Positions 55,423-64,000 of a stretch of 64,000 nt of DNA are shown here, one piece after another. Every line of letters begins with the position of its first letter. Position 1 is the first letter of the stretch. The DNA comes from Tubiluchus corallicola. Taxonomy: Eukaryota > Animalia > Priapulida. Location: positions 71,087 to 135,086 of the forward strand of contig JAQGDQ010000587.1 of the NCBI GenBank assembly GCA_030141605.1. The letters are read 5' to 3'. Under the pieces are notes generated by a model that had not been told where the DNA came from, ran no database searches, and saw nothing but the letters and a program-made list of their open reading frames with translations. The position numbers were made by a program, and so were the translations under genes.

Positions 55423-55689
55423 TCATCGCTCCCCTTCTGGCGGATTACGACAAATTAAACAGAAATATTCGCATATTGTAAATAACTTGTTTACAATGAT
55501 CACTTGTAATAAATTGGCAAAGATCAGAGTAAATCTTACCGACCGATTTGAACTTCAAGCTCTGCCCTAAACCTCAGTCTAAGGTATACCTCACGTGTTT
55601 ACACGAAATCTTACAAGTTGCTTTTAGGTTAATGTAAGCAACAGCAAACATCGTGGAGAAAGTTCGCCGCCTGTCATGAACCAGATGAA

Positions 55690-56035
55690 AATCTGCTCCC
55701 TGGTTACATATAAAGCGCCACCTACATGAGATACAAGGTGGAGCAAGGTCAGAAGTCTGCTCCCTGATTACATATAAAACATTGTGAAGCAAGGTCAGAA
55801 GTCTGCTCCCTGATTACATATAAAACATTGTGAAGCAAGGTCAGAAGTCTGCTCCCTGATTACATAGAAAACAAGGTGAAGCAAGGTCAGAAGTCTGTTC
55901 CCTGGTTACATATAAGACAAGGTGAAGCAAGGTCAGAAGTCTGCTCCCTGGTTATATATAAAACAAGATGAAGCAAGGTCATAAGGCTGCTCCCTCGTTA
56001 CATATAAAGCGCCACCTACATGAGATACAAGGTGA
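55690..56035. repeat. 46-bp minisatellite, ~6-7 copies
   Basis: Unit gaagcaaggtcagaagtctgctccctgattacatataaaacattgt. The first and last units carry an extra gcgccacctacatgagat segment. Confidence 0.92.
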
Positions 56036-58774
56036 AAAAAATCACAAGACACAATCACTTGGTTTATAAGAATAAATAATAAATTAATCAATCAATCAAT
56101 CACTATTTGAATAATTAAAATGCACAGCATGCAATAACATACAAGACGCACACAGAATATACTCCTAAACCACAATCAGCAGCAGCAGCACAAAAATGTG
56201 ACCAATCATTACTACGCGCACAGACGTCTCAAATATAATGGTAAACATATGATAACTGTTTGTGGCGTGTTAAACAGAAAGTGACGAGGAAAAGAAACAA
56301 CCAATTACGTGTTATCACGTTGACAGAGAAGAAAGAGAGATTTCCAATTTACTTGGCTTAAATTTATGCTGTTAGCTTTGTTAAATTTATTATGTTACAA
56401 ATTTAATAACATAAATTTATTTATTGAATTTAACTTTTATTTTGGAACTTGCAACACTGTCCTTTTTGTTTCACAGAAGATTAGTTCCTCAAATGCACAT
56501 CATGACGCTGCGTACAATGAATGCAAGCAGAATTACGCGGGTGCCCGCTAAATCCAAACCCTATTGAATCAAACTAAGTGAAACATGGTGAACAAAACAA
56601 ATGTAGATTATAGATGGCTCCCCAGTCGAAACGTGCCATTTTCTTGTAATTATTTCCCAGGACTCAGTAAGTGAATAATGAATGTTGCCTTTCTAACATA
56701 TTGCATTATCTTCGCACCGAATTTTTTCGGTTTTTCGTCATTCAGACGGACAAGAATTCATCACGGGAGCAACAATTGCGAGTGTCTGTCATTCTGTTAT
56801 TTGGCCTTTTTTCACAGCATTTCAGCAAGACTTTATACACCCTGGAAGGAGGAAGGTTTTGAATGTAGCGAGACGCGGTAGGTCTGCAAAGATGAACCTC
56901 CACCGTCATAGGCCTAGCGTAAGTTGAAAAATACTTGTCAATATTTCCGGTCTTGCCAAGCTCATCTTCCAACCCAGCGTGCATCCATCCAGTTTAACTT
57001 TGAATAGGCATGCTTAACTTTTACGACTACTTTGACTATGTCCTGATTATTTATTAATTTTGATTGTTTACTTATTTATTATTTATATATAAATATTGTT
57101 TACATTACATTATTTATTTATTAATTTATTTCACATCTTAATATAATTTTTATTTTACTACTGTTTGAAAAAATTATAACCATTTGGCTAGCACAGAAAA
57201 CCAAAGGTGCTACACATGGGAATTGAACCCACTGCCTTCCAATGTTCTTTTTGCGGTCAAACTACTACTTCTGCCCATTCGTACCCCATAGTGGCACAAT
57301 ACTGTCTTGGCCTTATTTATATTCACTTCAAGAATACTAAGCTTCTAGTGCAGTTTTATTTACGAACAATTACGATTGTTTATTTTTCCTAACCTTAGCT
57401 GCTTAGTGACTACAATGCACTAATTAATCAACAGCGACCTCTCGCCTCAAGGTTTACAAAAAATAAAGCAACTGTTTGCAACGCCAGTCAAGGTCTTAGA
57501 GCTGCGCGAATTGTGAAAATGCGCTTCCGCCCTACTTTGGAAAAAAATGTCTTCGCCATAAAAAAACTTCTTATTTTATGGTAAAGCGCGTTAATGCGTT
57601 GATGTATATTCTTATTTCGGTTTATTATCAAAGCACCCTCGGGCCTTTGGTGCAGGGATAGTTTAAAAGCCACAAAAATAGACACAATTCTCACCGAAAA
57701 TCCCAAGCGATGAAAAAAATCAATACATCGTCTTGCTTAGAATAACAAACAAAACCAGACCTGCTGGCTCTTCTTAGTACGAAAATTGATTTTTTATCGA
57801 TTATTGAGAGATGTGAGGCGTTTTTGTTTAGCAATTTCGATAATTTTCTGCGGAAATCTACGAAAAGAACCGAAAATGGCTCATTTAAAATCAAAATCAT
57901 AAAAAAAACATTTAAAAAATCATAAAACGATTTAATATCGACTTTTCCCTCCGAAATTTTAAAAATTTCAGGCATTTAAACAGTTTATTACTACAACCAG
58001 GGGTAATTATTCCTGGTAAGCTCTCCATTATGTCCCGGGGCTCCGGATGTCAGACACGCTCAATTTTCTGCAAAGAGGCCTACGCTTCGAAACATCACAT
58101 TGTAAGTTTACGACCTTCCGGAAGTGAAGATAAGCGGTATTACAATTATGAAAGAGAACATTTTAAAGCTAGCTCCAGCTCACGACGACAAAATCGGATT
58201 AATTAGAAAGAGAATTGTTTCTACGAAACCTCGAAACACCTGTGAGAAAGATCTTTTACCTTTCATTAGACATTTAGAATTCCATTCACGTGTTAAGGCA
58301 GTTAATAACATCAATACCTTGACTCTAGCAGCGATCGTGTGTTATCGTAAGCGTGAGTCCCTCTTTTTGGATATTGGACCCGGGTAGAAACCTTTGAACG
58401 TAATTACTGATCAGAGAAAGCGCACCGTGTTTGGTATATAAACAGAAGTTCTGCAATTTGCAATAGGTTTAGTACGTAACGTCTATGGTCAGTTGGTTAC
58501 AGAAGAATTCATTGCTTTTCGGTGTAGCGCTGCTCCACTGCTAGAGTTTATTCCGCGCGATATGAAAAGCTTGGAGCAAATTATCTACAACATTAATGAT
58601 ATTGTCTTCTTCATATTTTTACTATCCTGAAATCAGATTGAGCAAGTTTGGTGTCTACACGGGCGTGCCAGTAACACAGACACTTACTTCTGACTGTTCT
58701 GCCTTTTCTTAAAATAATACAGCGTGAAAAAGTATTAATGAAAGCTTTTTTTATTTATTTATTTGTTAGGAATT

Positions 58775-59190
58775 TTGGAGCACCAAAATCAGAAGACTAA
58801 GATGGGTAGGACATTTAATGAGTTTGCCAGAAACAACACCAGTAAGACTAGCATTAAACCGAACCAAAGAGGACCTTTGGAGCACTAAAATCAAAATGAG
58901 AAGACTAAGACGGGTAGGACATTTAATGACATTGCTAGAAACAACACCAATAAGATTAGCATTAAATGAGGCACTGAAACCTGCTAAACCATCTCCAGGC
59001 AAAACCAAAAACAACCTGGATATCAAGAATTAATAAAGATTCACAACAGCTTAAGACCAAACCTAACAATAGCATCACAGGAACTGAAAAATTTTAGTTG
59101 CAGCAGGAAACATCGGGGGGGGGGGAGCTCTAGTAAAGGATAGAGGCTCTATGTCTACAATAGATATTTAGAGAAACAGAAGAAGAAAAA
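58775..59190 (+). mobile_element. 5'-truncated RTE-clade LINE with a duplicated 5' segment
   Basis: WSTKIKMRRLRRVGHLMTLLETTPIRLALNEALKP..PGK(P)KTTWISRINKD, then ..atgtct..(gaa)n tail. The first ~85 bp are duplicated (58775 and 58877). Confidence 0.85.
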
Positions 59191-59430
59191 ATATCTATAA
59201 TAGTCCAATAGATTTTCGGGAAATTATAACAATTGTATGACAACGACGAATAGTAGTAGACAATAAAGTACTACTAAAATCATAAGCCTAAATGTTCGTG
59301 TTTTTCAGACGAAATTCTGATTATCACCGCGAGAATGATTCACTATCAGTGTTGCGCAATTTTGTGAATTTTCGCGAATTTCGCCGATACGACAACATGA
59401 GAAAAAAAAATCAATAAATTTTTAACTCAC

Positions 59431-59860
59431 CACACGCTCCCTCCGCACAGATGACTTTTTTCAACGCCTTTTTATTCCTTCTATTGGCCGAAACTGGAGG
59501 CGCAAACAAGGTGAAAACCCTTTCCTCGGTCGTGCTGTTGAGAAATAATATCAATTTTTGTTTTGCCTGCCAGCGAACACTACACGGACCATCTTGATCT
59601 GCTTTTACTTGAATTTTTCGCAGAGTAATGTGCTTTTCCGGCTTTTCTTTATGCACAGTTTTCACACGTATGTGAGCGAGATTATTAACAGGTGCTGGCT
59701 TCCTTAAAACGACGCCTTCGACGGTGATTTCTGATAAATACGCCAAGGAGCCGGCGTCTTTGTACTGCGTGTGACACGTTTCAACTTGAGCGCAGAAACA
59801 AATGAAAATTAACAGGTAAAAACTGATGAAAATGATCTGTTGAGTGCGTCTCACTGTCAT
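59431..59860 (-). CDS. First coding exon of a neuregulin-2/vein-like EGFR ligand (signal peptide plus NRG2/GGF-type N-terminal domain)
   Basis: ATG at 59860, 143 codons + 1 nt, then a canonical G|GTGAGT donor (phase 1). Hydrophobic signal IIFISFYLLIFICFCA. Motifs C..(AYLSEITVEGVV)..C..(KLILFL)..(FTLFAPP)..(KKALKKVICAEGAC) parallel, from memory, NRG2 AYKAPVVVEGKV..YIFFL..FKTAFAP..KKEVGKILCTDC. The family call was made by eye. Confidence 0.8.
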
Positions 59861-59939
59861 CTTGTCACTCTGCCCGTCTGACCACAGATAAACACACACT
59901 TTTCAAGACCTAACCTCCACGCAATTGCCATAATCCACG

Positions 59940-60070
59940 ACCGACTGAGGCATATTATATAGAACCGTTACTATAATACGCCGGCTGCGGTCGTGACGTC
60001 ACGTGCGACGTGCGCGCGCAGCTTACACTCGCCACGCAATCAGCCCACGCCGCCCAGCGGCAGCGATGAG
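59940..60070 (-). promoter_or_regulatory. Putative core promoter of the neuregulin-like gene
   Basis: Local CpG-rich patch. Palindrome CGTGACGTCACG (CRE at 59994-60001) overlaps E-box CACGTG (60000-60005). On the minus strand, TATA-like TATTATAG (59978) lies ~32 nt before Inr-like TCAGTC (59948-59943); an alternative TATATAAT is at 59961. Confidence 0.6.
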
Positions 60071-61212
60071 AGACGAGTGTCAGAACCGGCGTGTTCGATT
60101 TAGGGAAGTGATTCAGCGGGTATTTTAAGCGGGTTTGAGAGTTTATTTTGATTTCCTCCCTTCCGAAAAAAGGCATGCGATTAACACGTTGTGCTGGGAT
60201 GTGATGAGAGATGGGGTTTTGCTCATCAAGGTTTGATGCAGTGCAGGGTTCACGGTAAAAGTAGGTGGTTGTACTAAGAATCAGTGCCAGACGAACATAA
60301 AAAAATTGGATAAAATCATACCTTATATATCTTCATGTTCGAAAAGTAAAGTGAATCATACTTGACAAATAAGCTTTAACTTTTTCATACAATTCGGTGC
60401 ACACTGGAATACAACATTCAATATGTTCTTTTGTATTATTCTTGTATTTTTTTTTTTTTTGTATTCTTGTAATTACATTTTTTGCAAAGGTACATTGTTG
60501 TATTTCTGAAAATAAACCTGAATTGAATTGAATTGAGTAGCCATGGATGATTGTGTCGAAACAAGTAGTAAATTAGCAAAGCTACGCCTGTAATTCAATG
60601 CAATTCAATATTTTCGTATTTTCCCGATATTTTATTTGCTGATTTTTATGTAAGATGAGCCATTGGACCAGCAGGTGAGTCTCACTATGAGCCATTGTAC
60701 CGGCACGGGTGTCTCATTTCTGCTAGCAAAGGACAGAAACGATAAACAACAGTGCAGAAAAACTTCTTACGTCAAAGTATTATTCAAATGCCATGACGTA
60801 GTTTTTACAATAATTACGCAATAATAATAATAATAATTGCAATGATTTCACAATAATTTTAAGAGTGATTCACTTGGGAGGGTTTGAATTTCAACGGTTT
60901 GCCCTTCTCAAGGCGTGACTGGGAACATCTGATTCATAACTGCAAAAACTCATCACTGAGACCCATTATGATCACGCAATGTTGAAATTACCATCAAGGC
61001 CACTGCAGCTGTTTAAGTAGCTAATTATAGGGGCTAACGAGTTAAGACGGAAAAGTGGGATAAAGTCCTGTTTAGAGTTAACTAAGGGTAGCTTTAGGAT
61101 AAAGATTTATGGGCACTGACTTGATGGTCAGTTGGTTTGTCGCTACCCTTTTTCCTGCACCCCTGGCACTTTCTTTTTTATCATATCTACATAATATATA
61201 GAAATAAAAAGA

Positions 61213-61470
<258 letters not shown>

Positions 61471-61754
61471 AACAATGCTGATTGGTGCTAAGACACTGTA
61501 AGATTTATTCGATGGAAGACCAGCTTCCTAGCAACTTCTGAATAAAACCTTAGTTAGCTTTTATTCCTAAGTCTTTCATAATTTACCTGATTAATTAATA
61601 ATTATAGTAATTATAGTCTATTTGTATTCTGGTGTAAATGAGGAGAATCTCCCTATGTCTAAGTTTCATTTCGGGTTACGCTAAAACATGGAGCCTATTA
61701 TAGTTGCATGTCATTCTGTTTTAATGATAATATTGTTACATACTTGCACTATTT

Positions 61755-61799
61755 AGTAGTAATAATAGTACCAGCAGCAGTAACAACAACAACAGCAAC

Positions 61800-61859
<60 letters not shown>

Positions 61860-61920
61860 GCAACAGCAGCAGCAGCAGCAGCAGCAACAACAACAACACC
61901 ATCAACAACGCTGGCAGCAG
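61755..61920. repeat. (CAA/CAG)n microsatellite
   Basis: Directly visible; source of the poly-Q ORF. Confidence 0.95.
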
Positions 61921-62029
61921 CTTTAACTGGCGTGGCAGCAGAGATAACCTGCGTTCCTTAAGTAGTGTAAAGTTTTTTGCTCTAATACTTTTGGTTCTTT
62001 GCACTTAAGGCATTGTCAGTTATGGCAAC

Positions 62030-63425
62030 CATGGAGTGGTCGCACATTATCACCGAAGTGCAAAATCAATGTCAATAATGACAGATGTGAAAAAGTTAAA
62101 GCAAGTAAAGCTTGTCTTAATTGCCCTAGTTATAGTCATTTTGTGAAAGAGTGCAGAGCACAAAAGTAAGCCACATTGACAAACAGTCAAGTGATACATA
62201 TTCAGAACAGCAAATCTCAGAAGAGGATGTGGTTTAATCAATTGTGAATCAATTGTCAAACCTGAAAATATACCGGTTAATCAGTGACCACCAGGAAGTT
62301 AAACACATAATTGGACAATGCCTTAAGTGCAAAGAACCAAAAGTATTAGAGCAAAAACTTTGGCACTTACCAAGTGAACGCGTTATTCCTGCTGCTGCAT
62401 TTTCCTGCATAGGTGTTGACTTTGTTGGCCCCTTGTATCCCAAAACTTCAGATGGAAGTGACATACTAATTTTCGCCTGCATGGTGACACAAGCTGTACA
62501 GTGTACATCTCGAATTAACAGAAGACATGACTACAGACACCTTTATTGCAGCATTAGAAAATGATTAATCGCAGAGGAAGGTGTGCAATTATTTGGTCAG
62601 ATAATGAGTGTGTTAAAAAGCTTCAAACATTTTACATAAATTGTTCAGAGACCAACAGAAACAATGTATGATAAGCTCAGAAACCATAGTATGGAGTGGA
62701 AATTTATAGCAGCGAAGGGATCCTGGATAGGTGGGTTTTTTGAAAGATTGGTCAGAAGTGTGAAGTCACCATTGAAGCGTGCTTTGGGAAATGCCATTAC
62801 TCATATTATTTACATTACTTAGACGACTTACATTTCTTGAACTACAAGCTGTTCTAACTGACATTGAGGCACAGTTAAATTCATGATTTTGACCTTTGGT
62901 AAATTTATCAGCTGACAAAAACAATCCGTCACCAATCACTCCAGGTCATTTGACAATTGGAAGAAATTTACAAATAACACCAGAAATAGATAAAGCTACG
63001 AAGAATGCAAATCTAGTCACTAGATGGAGCTACAGACAGAAGGTAAGTAAATAGTTCTGAAACAGGTGGACAAAAGAGTATTTAAAGGAGCTCAATCAAC
63101 TTAGCAAATGGACAGATATAAAAAATCAACGTGAAGAAAGATGATGTTCTTCTGATATGTCACACAGGTTCACCCAGGAAGAGATGGGCTTGTAAGATCA
63201 GTGACGATAGATTCCAACAAAGGATTGAGGAGACGTCCGGTACAAAAATTTCGGATTTTGGAAGCAAGTAAATCATCATGAGATAACTTGGAAGAACTGT
63301 GAACAACAATTTTGAACTTTGAATTTAGAACTTCAAACTTTTGAGTGTTTTTTGGGAAAGTTTTCCCAGTAAATTGTCAGAGGGGAGAAATGTTAGAGAA
63401 TGGTGCCTTAAAATCCCTTCGATTT
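62030..63425 (+). mobile_element. Decayed BEL/Pao LTR retrotransposon (gag knuckle, integrase, PPT, start of 3' LTR)
   Basis: CLNCPSYSHFVKEC (CX2CX4HX4C, 62113); CLKCK..LPSERV..AFSCIGVDFVGPLY; IWSDN; WKFI...SWIGGFFERLVRSVK; ITPGHL; WTKEYL; PGRDGLVRSV; RRPVQK. Multiple stops and frameshifts. Polypurine tract 63379-63390 followed by TGTT at 63391. Confidence 0.92.
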
Positions 63426-63429
63426 GTGG

Positions 63430-63460
63430 TCTCTCTTTCTTTCTGTCTCTCTCTCTCTCC

Positions 63461-63522
<62 letters not shown>

Positions 63523-63525
63523 GTT

Positions 63526-63592
<67 letters not shown>
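63430..63592. repeat. (CT)n microsatellite
   Basis: Directly visible. Confidence 0.97.
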
Positions 63593-64000
63593 GTAAAGTG
63601 ATGACATGATAGTTACATTTTTTTTACTAATAATTATTTTCTTTAATTTAAACTTAAAAAACGAGTTCCACTGAGTTTGTCTTTATAGCACAATGCATGT
63701 ACAACAGGTATTTTAGGCACTAGTGGATTTATTGAGAGAGTTAATTAGGTAGGTTACTTACTTTTTATATCAAAATAGACTTACAGTTGCTGAACTCAGA
63801 ACTCTGCTTTACATCCAATAGCATGTTCTTTGGCAAAGTAATCGTCGTTAAAGAACTGAGTTTGGCGAACTTCTTTCTACGTTTGTTCTTTGCAAAAAAC
63901 TGAACAGCCCAGAAAGGATTTTCCAGCTCTGCGCTTTTTTCAGCTAAACGTCAACAAAAGATCGGATAGTCATGTGTTGGCGGCCTACGCGGTAAGCCAG

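Noticed and set aside
57180-57290. tRNA/SINE-like B-box on the minus strand (gggttcaattccc)
   Set aside because: Too degenerate; no clear A-box or body to support a call.
57480-58020. CpG-containing AT-rich segment as a DNA transposon
   Set aside because: It looks repeat-like, but no second copy, TIR or TSD could be shown within the window.

Overview
This is AT-rich, repeat-dense eukaryotic DNA, most likely from a non-arthropod invertebrate (TTAGGG-type repeats, tRNA-SINE, RTE LINE, BEL/Pao and TTAA-targeting MITEs). It is not prokaryotic and has no CRISPR, rRNA or intact tRNA. One host coding exon is well supported: the first coding exon of a minus-strand neuregulin-2/vein-like EGFR-ligand gene (59431-59860; signal peptide plus NRG2/GGF-type N-terminal domain, phase-1 GTGAGT donor), preceded by a CpG-rich CRE/E-box promoter. 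No certain downstream Ig or EGF exon was found, so much of the window may be its intron. The rest consists of three dispersed MITE families, a piggyBac-type MITE, a telomere-repeat-cored inverted-repeat element, RTE and BEL/Pao relics, a SINE, about a dozen unrelated minisatellites (26-170 bp units) and long microsatellites, which explain nearly all ORFs in the track. The most unusual observation is a 1.8-kb 71-bp minisatellite that appears to be an amplification of the last ~20 codons of an RTE LINE ORF, still attached to its parent element. All coordinates and alignments were read by eye, so boundaries are approximate.
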